Below, piece after piece: positions 38,141 through 48,159 of a stretch of DNA of 64,000 nt. A model generated the notes under the pieces. It did not search any database. It had not been told where the DNA came from and saw only the letters and a list, made by a program, of their open reading frames with translations. The first letter of the stretch is position 1; each line of letters starts with the position of its first letter. The translations under genes were made by a program, and so were the position numbers. This DNA is from a virus, in the IMG/VR virus record IMGVR_UViG_3300025770_000656, one strand, 5' to 3'.

Positions 38141-38739
38141 CACTTATCCATCCATACTCGTTTGCCATCTACAAGTTTCCAAGTTTTACCTTTTACTTTC
38201 GCCGCAAGTTTTTGTAAATGATCTTTGTTTTGTTGTGTATATTCTTTGCTTGTATATCTTTTTTGTGCCGCTTTTTTATACTTTTGTATAGAATCTTCAC
38301 TGTGAGACCACAAACCTGAAGTTCCTTTTATAGGATGTGCTTTGCCCTTCATAGCACCACCATCTCTACGAGTCCAGCCACCAACATTATTTTCTCTGTG
38401 TCTTTTTAACTGTGCTTGGCGCATTCTTTCAATGCTTTCTGGACTGTGTGTTTTGTTGTTTCCTGCTTCACGATTGTTATATACGACAGTTTTTTGTCTA
38501 TAATGTGCCAACCACTGTGCTTCTTTTTCGTTTAGTTCATCTAAGTTTTTGGCGGTATCAATAACTTCCCAATTAAAACTTTCTTTACCGTATTTTCTAA
38601 TACTATCATACAAATAAGTCTTTTTGCCTCGTCTAGCATCGGCTAAGTGAGCATACCAACGCATTTTAGGATTAGATTGGATTGTTTGTCCAACATAAAC
38701 TTTATTGTTTTCTTTGTTTGTAATAATATAGATGAGCAT
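38140..38739 (-). mobile_element. Free-standing Seg-like GIY-YIG homing endonuclease gene
   Basis: LIYIITN...VYVGQT, RWYAH, basic NUMOD3-like tail (HSPESIERMR; KGKTW); TGATG overlaps at both ends. Confidence 0.85.
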
Positions 38740-39926
38740 CAGTCATCTTCCCTAGCACTTAGTATTTGACTTAATCCTTGACGTTGGTCTATCTCTACAT
38801 TGTCATCTCGAGTTGTCTTAGCTGTATTGTTTGTAAACGTATCTATCTGTCTTGTTCCAGTGCCAGGAGTTAATGGAGATCTCACACTATCTTCTACCTT
38901 AACCCAACGTGATCCATTATATCTAAATAGCCTATTAGGTAAAAAGTCTAAACGTAAAACATAATCCCCTTCTTGTGAGTCAGTAGGAAAGCTAGTACCC
39001 ATTGTAACTTCTTCTCCATTTGGCGCAAGACCGTCACCTACCAAGTATCCACCGTAAGCATTTGCATTTTCTGGACTGATACGTGTTGAGTCTGCTGTAA
39101 TAATATTGCTGTCCGCGGATATAGTACTTATATCACTGGTATAGCCTTTAGGATCAAGCGGTTGACCAGTATCATCTGCTGGTACAACATAGTATCTACT
39201 GGTATCATATCCGCTCTTAGGAACTTCAACTTCAGCTTGTTCTACAACCTTGTTGGTAATTTCAAGCTCTTTCTTATACGTGCTGAGCAAGTCTCTTAAA
39301 GTAGCATCTGTAGATTCGCCAGTTTCTTCATTTATTTGTATCTTGTTAAGAATATCGTTGTATTCTTGGCTGTCTACCATTGGTGTGCATTTAACACGCC
39401 ATAAGTGCGGCCACCATGTTGGACTATATCCTTCTGTGGGTCTCGTGCCTTCTTGAACAACATAATAGCGTTTTAACGCTACTTCTAAACTTGTATCTAA
39501 ACTATTGTAATCTTTAAGATGCGGTAACTCTAATACGTCACCGCTCATTAACCTGCGGCCAAGGATACGATCCATGTCTGCAAGGTGAAATGTAATAAAC
39601 AATGTGTCGTTTTGTAAAAATAGCCCAAACTGGCTAAGATCAAAGTCTGTATCTGCTACATTGTATATGCCACGCATATTATAAATGTCAGTGTCGTATT
39701 TTCTATCTCTGTTCTCTAAGAACAGCAAGTCTTGGATCCCTAAGGGGTCATCTTCAACTGTTTGGGGTAAACTAGCGTCTGTGCTTGGGCCTTGATTTAG
39801 TATGCCTAAGTACTTGTGAACAGAGATGCCAGTGCCGCCGACAGTGAACATCTCTTTGATGTTGCGATCAAAAAACTTAAAATCAGAGGAGTGTGTTCCC
39901 TCTTTCCACATACTAATACGGGGCAT
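38739..39926 (-). CDS. gp14: Neck protein, gp14-like
   Basis: IQDLLFLENRDRKYD, FDLSQFGLFL and GDVLELPHL motifs; position next to gp15; late promoter AATAAATA on the minus strand at 39949-39956. Confidence 0.75.
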   Translation of the reverse strand: MPRISMWKEGTHSSDFKFFDRNIKEMFTVGGTGISVHKYLGILNQGPSTDASLPQTVEDDPLGIQDLLFLENRDRKYDTDIYNMRGIYNVADTDFDLSQFGLFLQNDTLFITFHLADMDRILGRRLMSGDVLELPHLKDYNSLDTSLEVALKRYYVVQEGTRPTEGYSPTWWPHLWRVKCTPMVDSQEYNDILNKIQINEETGESTDATLRDLLSTYKKELEITNKVVEQAEVEVPKSGYDTSRYYVVPADDTGQPLDPKGYTSDISTISADSNIITADSTRISPENANAYGGYLVGDGLAPNGEEVTMGTSFPTDSQEGDYVLRLDFLPNRLFRYNGSRWVKVEDSVRSPLTPGTGTRQIDTFTNNTAKTTRDDNVEIDQRQGLSQILSAREDD

Positions 39927-39969
39927 TGCGAATCCTTAAACTTAATAGTATTTATTGGTTTAGAAACGG

Positions 39970-39997
39970 TTGACTATCCCTGTGTTTGTGCTATTAT
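39970..39997 (+). promoter_or_regulatory. Sigma70-type (extended -10) promoter of the early islet
   Basis: TTGACT (39970-39975), 16-nt spacer, TGc-TATTAT (39989-39997). Confidence 0.55.
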
Positions 39998-40002
39998 AAA
40001 GT

Positions 40003-40203
40003 ATGATTAGGACAAAGAAACTTGGTGCCGGTGACTACGTAACCACAAACACCAGCCCTGTATACTACATTTCCAAGAGTTACGATGGTGGAAACTATTG
40101 GATCCTTCACGATGAACTGTATGACATGTACGGATCCGGCTATTATAGTACATGGGATACCAAGAGAGATTGTATTGAGATCATAAAAGAGAGGGTTAGA
40201 TGA
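40003..40203 (+). CDS. Small hypothetical protein
   Basis: First of a tightly packed run of small ORFs behind the 39970 promoter. Confidence 0.6.
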   Translation: MIRTKKLGAGDYVTTNTSPVYYISKSYDGGNYWILHDELYDMYGSGYYSTWDTKRDCIEIIKERVR

Positions 40204-40484
40204 GCAAAGAAACCACAGTTGCTACTATTCTTAAGGATTTGGACGACAAAGTCGTTTCTCCTAACGGTTATACCCGTGGTGAGTTAAGCAATGCTTTTGA
40301 TAACATTGCTGATCCTTCTAACTGGAAGATGCCCGTCCTCAAGTTAATTCACAAAGATGAATTTGATATTAGCAATGAGGCTTGTATCTTCTTCACTGGC
40401 TCTGCTTTGAAGCATGCAGGTGTTGACGAAAACGATTGTATGCTGGTGTCTGCCGCAGGTTACTACAACACCATAGGAGCCTAA
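40200..40484 (+). CDS. Small hypothetical protein
   Basis: ATGA overlap; SD GAGAGGG. Confidence 0.7.
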   Translation: MSKETTVATILKDLDDKVVSPNGYTRGELSNAFDNIADPSNWKMPVLKLIHKDEFDISNEACIFFTGSALKHAGVDENDCMLVSAAGYYNTIGA

Positions 40485-40525
40485 ATTTAGGCTCGAGCCT
40501 AAATTAACACTTAACATAAGGAGAG

Positions 40526-40723
40526 ATGCATATGTCATCCAAAGTAGTTATTAAAGCAATGCCAACCGATAACCGGTATGTGCGTGAAAAACTGTTTAAG
40601 ATAGTGAAACTAGTCAATTATGATAGCGTTGGATTAGTTGACACTGTTTTCACTGAAAATCAGGTTGAACGGTTTCTTAAGACCTTAAATAAGCGAGTGT
40701 CATACGAAATATTAGGCGCATAA
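40526..40723 (+). CDS. Small hypothetical protein
   Basis: SD AAGGAGAG directly upstream; the start is 40526 or 40532. Confidence 0.7.
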   Translation: MHMSSKVVIKAMPTDNRYVREKLFKIVKLVNYDSVGLVDTVFTENQVERFLKTLNKRVSYEILGA

Positions 40724-40725
40724 CA

Positions 40726-40890
40726 GTGTCTAATATTATTGATTTTAAAACTCGTAAACCTATTCCTATAAGTACCCTACAGAAGGAATGGGTTGAAACT
40801 GTTTCTAACGAAGCCATAGACAACTTAGACATGGCTGATATTATGAGCCTTATTGAAAGTATGGAGAAGTTTTATGGCAACGACAGTTAA
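40726..40890 (+). CDS. Small hypothetical protein (54 aa), missed by the ORF track
   Basis: GTG start: MSNIIDFKTRKPIPISTLQKEWVETVSNEAIDNLDMADIMSLIESMEKFYGNDS*; fills the gap in the run exactly. Confidence 0.55.
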   Translation: MSNIIDFKTRKPIPISTLQKEWVETVSNEAIDNLDMADIMSLIESMEKFYGNDS

Positions 40891-42082
40891 ACGTAAAAAG
40901 AAAACAGCAACAGCCAGGAGAACAAAAACTGGTATTGGAGCAGTGTCACATAACAAAGGATATCGTTTCTTTTGTCAAATCGTTCATCGCGATGTTGAAA
41001 CAAAAGAGTATGGAAACGTTATTAAGGGATATGTGAGGAAAGCCTTTGATAAGAAAACAGCACAGGCTATATGCGCTAACCACGATAGTAAGATAGCAAA
41101 CAGTGGAATGGCCGCATGGTGTTATTGGACTAGTGTTCACATGGATAAGCCATTCGCTAAAGGTGATTTCGGTCCGTGTGCTGGTGCTAAAAATGATGAA
41201 GATTCTTATACTCAGAGCACTGAGTACTATACAAATAAATTTAATGAACTGGCTGAGTCTGGTAAATCCCTTGTTGATGCAAAAAAGCAAGAAGAAAAAG
41301 CTAGTAGCAACGTACATAAGCCTAGTATTCAAGAGCGTATGCGGGAACAACTCAGCGAACTTATTGGTGAACTAGAAGAACTTGTAGACCAACAGCCTAG
41401 TAAAGATATTCCAAAGATTTTTGATTGGTTAAAAACGAACAATGTAGCTCAAGCACACATTAACAAGATTCGTGCTTATTATGAGCCAATGGCGGCTGAA
41501 TTTACGTTATTGCAAAATTTCCCCTCGTCTGCAAAACTTAAAAAAATGTCAGAAAGCGAACAAGATAACTGGGAACAAATTAGAGAAGGATATTCTTGTT
41601 ACAGCAAACAAGAAATTGCTATGTTTTCTAAGTTTTATGATAGCCTGTTTGGCGATCTGGATGCATATGCTAACCTTAAGAAAGCAAATCGTGCAACTCG
41701 TAAGCCCAAGCCTAAGAGTGCTGATAAGCTCGTATCAAAGCTCAAATACAAGAAAGATGATACTAGATATAAAGCAGTTAGCATTGATCCTACTAAGATT
41801 ATCGGTGCTACTGAGCTCTGGGTGTTTAATACAAAAAACCGCAAGCTAGGCAAATATGTTGCACTAGAGCATGGCGAGTTTTCAATAAAAGGGACAACCT
41901 TACAGTTCTTTGATGAGAATCTAAGTGTACAAAAGACACTACGTAAGCCTGAACAGAAACTTAAAGAGTTTGGCAAGGCAGGAAAAGTAGCTCTACGTAA
42001 ATTCTTAGAAGATATTAAAGCTACTGAGACTAAAATGAACGGAAGGCTTAACGAACACACGGTGCTACTAAAGGTTTCCTAA
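40874..42082 (+). CDS. Conserved-looking basic hypothetical protein
   Basis: Start MATTVKRKKK at ATG 40874 (GGAG upstream); PSIQERM and IIGATELWVFNTKNRKL motifs are recalled from T4-like marine phages. Confidence 0.75.
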   Translation: MATTVKRKKKTATARRTKTGIGAVSHNKGYRFFCQIVHRDVETKEYGNVIKGYVRKAFDKKTAQAICANHDSKIANSGMAAWCYWTSVHMDKPFAKGDFGPCAGAKNDEDSYTQSTEYYTNKFNELAESGKSLVDAKKQEEKASSNVHKPSIQERMREQLSELIGELEELVDQQPSKDIPKIFDWLKTNNVAQAHINKIRAYYEPMAAEFTLLQNFPSSAKLKKMSESEQDNWEQIREGYSCYSKQEIAMFSKFYDSLFGDLDAYANLKKANRATRKPKPKSADKLVSKLKYKKDDTRYKAVSIDPTKIIGATELWVFNTKNRKLGKYVALEHGEFSIKGTTLQFFDENLSVQKTLRKPEQKLKEFGKAGKVALRKFLEDIKATETKMNGRLNEHTVLLKVS

Positions 42083-42107
42083 TAAATACTACTGTTAGGA
42101 AACATGC

Positions 42108-42863
42108 ATGGCAGATTTAACGACACTACGTAAAGATATTCAAGATTACATCTACTTGCGCCTGGGTGGCGACATGGTTGATGTAGAACTTGACCCAGCG
42201 CATTATGACATGTGCATTGATAAGTCACTAGAACGATATAGACAACGTGCCCAGTCCAGTGTAGAAAGTAGCTATGTGTTCTTAACCATTGTTGCAGATC
42301 AACAGGAGTATGTTCTTCCTGATGAGATACAAGAGGTAAGACAAGTATTTCGCCGCAGTGTAGGCAGTGGATCAGGCGATACTGGTACACAATTTGAACC
42401 ATTCGAAGCAGCCTTTGTTAACACTTATCTGCTACAAGCAGGTAGAGTTGGCGGACAGGCTACTTACGAAATGTACTATCAGTATCAAGAAATGAGTGCA
42501 AGGCTGTTTGGTGGCTTTATTAACTTTGAATGGAATAGTGTTAGTAAAACACTTACCTTGTTGCGTAAATTTAGTGATGGTGGCGAAGACGTAGTTCTTT
42601 GGTGTTATAACAAGAGACCAGAGACTGGATTGCTACAAGACACAAACGTGGCACCTTGGATTAAAGACTACAGTTTAGCTGTAGCCAAGTTTACATTAGG
42701 CGAAGCACGAAGCAAGTTTAGTACTATTGCTGGTCCGCAGGGCGGAACAAGCCTAAATGGAGATACGCTCAAAGCAGAAGCACAAGCTGAAATGGCTGCG
42801 TTAGAAGACGATCTCAAGAACTATGTAGACGGTTCCGATCCACTCAGCTTTCTAATAGGATGA
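42108..42863 (+). CDS. gp13: Neck protein, gp13-like
   Basis: YIYLRLGGDMVDVEL...W(I)KDYSLA...LGEARSKF..I.GPQGGTSLNG; late promoter AATAAATA (~42081). Confidence 0.85.
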   Translation: MADLTTLRKDIQDYIYLRLGGDMVDVELDPAHYDMCIDKSLERYRQRAQSSVESSYVFLTIVADQQEYVLPDEIQEVRQVFRRSVGSGSGDTGTQFEPFEAAFVNTYLLQAGRVGGQATYEMYYQYQEMSARLFGGFINFEWNSVSKTLTLLRKFSDGGEDVVLWCYNKRPETGLLQDTNVAPWIKDYSLAVAKFTLGEARSKFSTIAGPQGGTSLNGDTLKAEAQAEMAALEDDLKNYVDGSDPLSFLIG

Positions 42864-43682
42864 GAAGTAGTCTTCGAATAATTCCTTTTGAGATTTATCA
42901 CACTTCATGCCCTTGCTGCTATTTTCACTAAGTGATATAACCCTGAGATTGGTCCAATGACCTAGTATATATGGTGGTATGTTGTCAAGAAATCCTTGGC
43001 CTATGCTATAAATATGATCCAATGCATTATCACTTCGATTTAACCTATCCGGATTTATGTCATCGAAGTTATTTTTCCAACTCTGATCGGTGTAATACCA
43101 CACAGCATCATGATATAGCCGTTTGCGCGGTCTATCCTTCTTAGGAACAGCACCCCGTTCTACCCATTTATCAGAAATCTTGTCTCTAACCCATTTGAGA
43201 TGAGACGGATTGTCTACCCCATATCTTCTTTGCATGGTTTGTTTGGTGTTCTGTGCTCTTACTCGTTTAGTTTCCTCTGACAGAACAGACAGTTTTCTTC
43301 TACCTTCAGACCATGCCAAGTGATTAGAGTTGGCTCGTTTTTTTCTAGCTTCGGCGGTTTGATTTTTAGTTGTGCCTGTTAAATTTAGATAGGTCATTTT
43401 TGACGATCGATTGATAAATTTTAAATAACGATTTTCCCACCACTTAACATATTCACCTGATACGGGACACAATGGTCTTATGTAACAGTCATTTAGGATA
43501 TGCCAACACCGTTGTTTTGGTTTGCTATTGTATGGTAAGAATTCTGTAAGTGCAGTTATTTGATCCCAAAGATTGGGATTTCTCTTATATAGCCACCTTA
43601 TGGCGTGTCGATCACTGAATCCGTCGTCGAATTTGCTTAAATATTGTTCGAGCTCATGTTTTGTGTTATTATAAATAATCAT
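42852..43682 (-). mobile_element. Free-standing HNH-type homing endonuclease gene
   Basis: RYGVDNPS repeat-type motif; C-terminal ALDHIYSI...TNLRVISLSENSSK (same nuclease motif as 3229-3804). Confidence 0.8.
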
Positions 43683-43750
43683 GCTGATTGCTCCCTATAA
43701 GCGTTAGAGTAGTTGGGTGTTTCCGCACCGCGAACTACGTTTTATTTATC
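43683..43750 (-). promoter_or_regulatory. Late promoter plus structured RNA leader of the HNH gene
   Basis: Minus strand: GATAAATA, then GTAGTT/AACTAC stem with an inner GGTG/CACC stem, then a GCT(T)/(G)AGC hairpin overlapping the SD AGGGAG. Confidence 0.6.
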
Positions 43751-43793
43751 TTTTATTATTGGATAAACTTAAAAACTTTGTTATAATATAATC

Positions 43794-44405
43794 ATGATTA
43801 TAGGATTGATAGGACTTATAGGTTCTGGCAAAGGCACTGTTGGCGATATGCTAATAGAGCAAGGATACCAGCATCAGAGCTTTGCTACTCCGTTAAAAGA
43901 TGCTTGTGCAAGTATTTTTAATTGGGATAGACAGATGCTTGAAGGTGATACCTTACAGAGCAGATCGTGGAGAGAACAGGCAGATCCATGGTGGAGTAAG
44001 CGTCTTAACATCCCAGAATTTACTCCGCGGCTAGCATTACAACTAGTTGGAACAGACGTTTTCCGTAACCATTTCCATCAAGACATTTGGATACTAAGCA
44101 TGAAGTCTAGATTGCAAGGTAACATTGTAATTACTGATGCTAGGTTTCCTAATGAAGTTAATATGATTAGAAACGTTGGTGGAGTAATTGTACGTGTTAA
44201 ACGAGGCGATGATCCAGAATGGTTTGACATTGCGGCTAAAAAACCTGATAGTATGGCAACACTATTTCCTGATACTCATGCAAGTGAGTATAGTTGGTGT
44301 GGCACTCAGCCAGATTATATGATACTAAATGACGGAAGTTTACAAGATTTACAAAGTACTGTTACAGATCTTCTTCAAGATCTCCCTGAGTCCAGCCAGT
44401 CTTAG
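43794..44405 (+). CDS. gp1: Deoxynucleoside monophosphate kinase (T4 gp1-like)
   Basis: GLIGSGKGT P-loop, SFATPLKD, TPRLALQLVGTD and DARFPNE motifs. Confidence 0.9.
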   Translation: MIIGLIGLIGSGKGTVGDMLIEQGYQHQSFATPLKDACASIFNWDRQMLEGDTLQSRSWREQADPWWSKRLNIPEFTPRLALQLVGTDVFRNHFHQDIWILSMKSRLQGNIVITDARFPNEVNMIRNVGGVIVRVKRGDDPEWFDIAAKKPDSMATLFPDTHASEYSWCGTQPDYMILNDGSLQDLQSTVTDLLQDLPESSQS

Positions 44406-44703
44406 ATAATTCAAAATTACAATTTAAGCATACTGTTTTTAAATTCTGAACAGCAATTTGTTGTTGGTTTCTACTAATATTAAAAACACGCAACTGCTCT
44501 AGCATTGCTGGTTTAAACCCACACTTTTCACACGTATTTTTTTTCTTGTAGCCTGCTAACTGCCATCTTTCTTTAGATGCAGATTTCTTTTTAGCATTGT
44601 TCCTGTTGCACCTATCACACAATTTTCTATAGTAAATTTTGCCATGTTTGTGGTAGTTTATAGCTCTAGGATACGTGCCGCATTGTAAACATAACTGGCG
44701 CAT
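44362..44703 (-). CDS. Zinc-finger / degenerate HNH-like protein
   Basis: CLQC, CDRC, CEKC and CLNC pairs; NLKTVCLNC resembles an HNH C-terminus. Confidence 0.6.
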   Translation of the reverse strand: MRQLCLQCGTYPRAINYHKHGKIYYRKLCDRCNRNNAKKKSASKERWQLAGYKKKNTCEKCGFKPAMLEQLRVFNISRNQQQIAVQNLKTVCLNCNFELSKTGWTQGDLEEDL

Positions 44704-44810
44704 GCATATACTTATCGTAATGAACCTTTAAAGGGCATGCCTAAGACAGGGTATTTGAAGTTAATAACATAAATACTGCAAAGGAATTCTTTGCAAAGGA
44801 ATATAGAAAT

Positions 44811-47800
44811 ATGGCTTTAACTTCACCAGGCGTAGAAGTCACGGTAATAGACGAAAGCAATTATGTTGCTAATCAAGCAGGAACAGTAGCTTCAATCATT
44901 ATTGCGACCGCCCAAGATAAGACAAGTGGAACCGGAACTGGCACAGCCGCCGGCACCACATCAGCAAATGCTGGAAAAACATACTTAATCGGTAGTCAGA
45001 GGGATTTGGTATCCACATTTGGAAATCCAAGTTTTTACCAAACTGCTGCAGGTACACCAATTCATGGATATGAAATTAACGAATACGGATTAATGGCAGC
45101 GTATAGTTTACTCGGTGTTAGTAACCGAGTTTATGTAACTCGCGCCGCAGTTGACTTATCTGAGTTAGCTAACTCAACGTCACGCCCAGTAGGATCACCA
45201 GCTGGCGGAACAATTTGGTTTGATACTGGAGATACACGATGGGGTGTATTTGAGTGGACTAAGTCATCTGATACCTTTACTAACAAATCAGATATTATTG
45301 TTATTACTAGTGCAACTGACTTAACTGGCGGTGTTCCAAAGACAAGTATCGGAGCCATTGGTTCTTATGCCGTTGTTGCTACTAACGTTAGCAACCCATT
45401 ATACTACAAAAATCGTAGCAATGCTTGGGTACTAGTAGGTAGTACGTCATGGCAAACATCATGGCCATCAATTGCAGGCACAAGTGCAAGTCCAACCCTT
45501 ACAAACAATAACAGTATTGTACTTAATGGCACCACTGTTACACTAAGTGGAACGACTGTAGCACAACTTGCTGCTAATATTAATAGTGCAAGCATCACAG
45601 GTGTTACAGCAGACGCAGTGGATAACAAAATTGAAATTTACGCTACAAGTTCTGCAGCAAGTGATGGTTCAACCACAGATGGTAAAGTTATACTAGCAAA
45701 TGGATCAGGAACTATATTAACAAACACTGGCTTAACAGCAGGAACATATGCATGTCCAAAGATTCAACAAAGTGAACATTACAGTGTCCCAGAGTACAAA
45801 ACTACAGACACAACACCACGCCCAACAGGCAGTATTTGGATTAAAACAACAGCTATAAATACTGGTGCAAGTTTTGATATTAGTGTATATGATACTGCAA
45901 CTGCTGCATTTACATCAGTTGATGCGCCACTTTACGAAAATGATCAAACTGCACTTAAAAATCTAGATACAACTGGTGGTAAAGCTATTGCAGTAGGAAC
46001 ATATTATGTACAGTATGACGTTTCAGAAAACGACACAGTGACATATAAAATTTTCCGAAGATATGCCGCTGGTATTTTGGAAGTTACAGGTAATATTGAT
46101 GCTGCAACTCCGCTTACTGGAAGTGAGCAATTTACTATCCAAGCTAGTGCAGCAAATAGTACAACGCTAACCAGTGCAGCAACAGTAACACTAAGTGGTA
46201 CTTCATTAGCAGATATGGCTAGCGATATTAACGCAGCAAACGTTGCAAATGTAAGTGCCGCAGTAACCTCAGACGGGTTTTTAACAATCTCGCATACCCT
46301 GGGCGGAAGTTTAATTCTTAAAGATACAAGTGGTACACCACTTACAGATGCAGGAATTGTAACTACAATAACAACTGGACAGGTACGTGCTGGTAATAAC
46401 AGTGACTTAATTGTAAGTAACTGGGTTGCTCCAACACATACAGCTAGTGCAACTTCACCAAGTGCAGATCCAACAGCAGATCGTTATTGGTATCATGGTG
46501 GCACAGAAGCTGACATCTTAATTAGTGACGGAACGATCTGGAAAGGTTATCAAAACGTAACCAGTGATGCACGTGGGTTTAACCTTAGTAATACTGATCC
46601 CGCCGGTGTAATTTTTAGCGCAACTGCTCCCAGTACGCAGAGCGACGAAACTGCACTAGTAGTTGGTGACTTATGGTTAGATACAAGCGACTTAGAAAAC
46701 TATCCAAAATTATACCGTTATCAAGTAGTATCAAGTGAGAATCGCTGGGTACTAATCGATAATACAGATCAAACAACTGAAGATGGTATACTGTTTGCTG
46801 ATGCTCGTTATATGGGAGATACAAGCACAGATATTGTTACTGGAACACTAACAACAACTAAAGCATTACTAACAAGTGATGTTGTTGATATTGACAAACC
46901 AGATCCAACATTATACCCAAGAGGCATGTTACTGTTTAACACACGCCGTAGTAGTTATAATGTTAAGCAGTTTAAGAGTGATTACTTTAGCAGAACTAAT
47001 TTCTCAGATACTACACTTTACCCAACACTTCCAACAGAAAAGGATGCATGGGTAACAGCAAGCGGCAACAAGAGTGACGGCTCACCATTCATGGGACGAA
47101 AAGCAGTACGTACAGTTGTTGCAGCAAGTATGAAGTCAGCTATTGATAGTAGTGAAGAACTTCGTGAAGATGCAAGAACATTTAATATAATTGCTGCACC
47201 TGGATATCCAGAGCTTATTCCTAACATGGTTAGTTTAAACAATGATAGACGTACTACTGGCTTCGTAGTTGGCGATACTCCGCTACGTTTAGCAGCAACA
47301 GGTACAGCAATTTCTAGTTGGGCAAGCAATCAAGTTGCTGCCGCAGTAGATGGTGAAGATGGTTTAACCACTGTTGATCCCTACTTAGGTGTGTTTTATC
47401 CAGCAGGACAAACTAATGATCTAAGTGGAAACACTATTGTAGTTCCATCAAGTCATATGGCACTTAGAACAATTAGCAGAAGCGATGATCAGAGTTTCCC
47501 ATGGCTAGCACCAGCTGGTAGCCGACGTGGACTTGTTGATAATGCAACTGCTATTGGTTACATTAATAGCGCAACAGGTGAATTTACAGGTGATAATATT
47601 AGAGAAAGCCTACGTGATACACTGTATCAACAAAAAGTAAATCCAATTACATTCTTTAATGGTGTTGGAATTATGAACTACGGCAATAAAACAAGAGCAT
47701 CAACACCAAGCTCACTAGACCGTATTAACGTTGCAAGGCTTGTTGCATACCTACGTAAAACAATGCAAGAAACTGCACTAGGCTTTGTGTTCGAACCCAA

Positions 47801-48059
47801 TGATAAAATCACTAGAGACGAACTAAAAGAGCAAGTAGAGCAGTTGATGAATGATTTGGTAGCAAAACGTGGCATTTACGATTACTTGGTAGTGTGTGAC
47901 GATACAAATAACACGCCAACAAGAATTGACCGTAATGAGCTATATGTAGACATTGCTATTGAACCAGTTAAAGCAGCAGAGTTCATCTTTATTCCAATTA
48001 GATTGAAAAATACAGGTGAGATTTCAAGTGGTAACGTAGCCGCAGCAAACGCTGTTTAA
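44811..48059 (+). CDS. gp18: Tail sheath protein
   Basis: MALTSPGVEVTVIDES N-terminus, WLAPAGSRRG, KVNPI, LDRINVARL and RNELYVDIAIEP motifs; 1082 aa with a large insertion. Confidence 0.95.
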   Translation: MALTSPGVEVTVIDESNYVANQAGTVASIIIATAQDKTSGTGTGTAAGTTSANAGKTYLIGSQRDLVSTFGNPSFYQTAAGTPIHGYEINEYGLMAAYSLLGVSNRVYVTRAAVDLSELANSTSRPVGSPAGGTIWFDTGDTRWGVFEWTKSSDTFTNKSDIIVITSATDLTGGVPKTSIGAIGSYAVVATNVSNPLYYKNRSNAWVLVGSTSWQTSWPSIAGTSASPTLTNNNSIVLNGTTVTLSGTTVAQLAANINSASITGVTADAVDNKIEIYATSSAASDGSTTDGKVILANGSGTILTNTGLTAGTYACPKIQQSEHYSVPEYKTTDTTPRPTGSIWIKTTAINTGASFDISVYDTATAAFTSVDAPLYENDQTALKNLDTTGGKAIAVGTYYVQYDVSENDTVTYKIFRRYAAGILEVTGNIDAATPLTGSEQFTIQASAANSTTLTSAATVTLSGTSLADMASDINAANVANVSAAVTSDGFLTISHTLGGSLILKDTSGTPLTDAGIVTTITTGQVRAGNNSDLIVSNWVAPTHTASATSPSADPTADRYWYHGGTEADILISDGTIWKGYQNVTSDARGFNLSNTDPAGVIFSATAPSTQSDETALVVGDLWLDTSDLENYPKLYRYQVVSSENRWVLIDNTDQTTEDGILFADARYMGDTSTDIVTGTLTTTKALLTSDVVDIDKPDPTLYPRGMLLFNTRRSSYNVKQFKSDYFSRTNFSDTTLYPTLPTEKDAWVTASGNKSDGSPFMGRKAVRTVVAASMKSAIDSSEELREDARTFNIIAAPGYPELIPNMVSLNNDRRTTGFVVGDTPLRLAATGTAISSWASNQVAAAVDGEDGLTTVDPYLGVFYPAGQTNDLSGNTIVVPSSHMALRTISRSDDQSFPWLAPAGSRRGLVDNATAIGYINSATGEFTGDNIRESLRDTLYQQKVNPITFFNGVGIMNYGNKTRASTPSSLDRINVARLVAYLRKTMQETALGFVFEPNDKITRDELKEQVEQLMNDLVAKRGIYDYLVVCDDTNNTPTRIDRNELYVDIAIEPVKAAEFIFIPIRLKNTGEISSGNVAAANAV

Positions 48060-48080
48060 CGTACCTAGAAAGCATGAAAT

Positions 48081-48113
48081 AATGGGGCGGTTGTAGAAAT
48101 TGCCCCATTTTTC
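48081..48113 (+). terminator. Intrinsic terminator
   Basis: AATGGGGC...GCCCCATT followed by TTT. Confidence 0.75.
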
Positions 48114-48159
48114 ATGAACACTTTCAGATAAATATTATTATATTAAGGAGGCAGATTAC

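Noticed and set aside
44777-44802. TGCAAAGGAAT direct repeat and 7-bp hairpin before gp18
   Set aside because: It is short, leaves the SD largely free, and is plausibly a small local duplication; there is not enough support for a regulatory claim.
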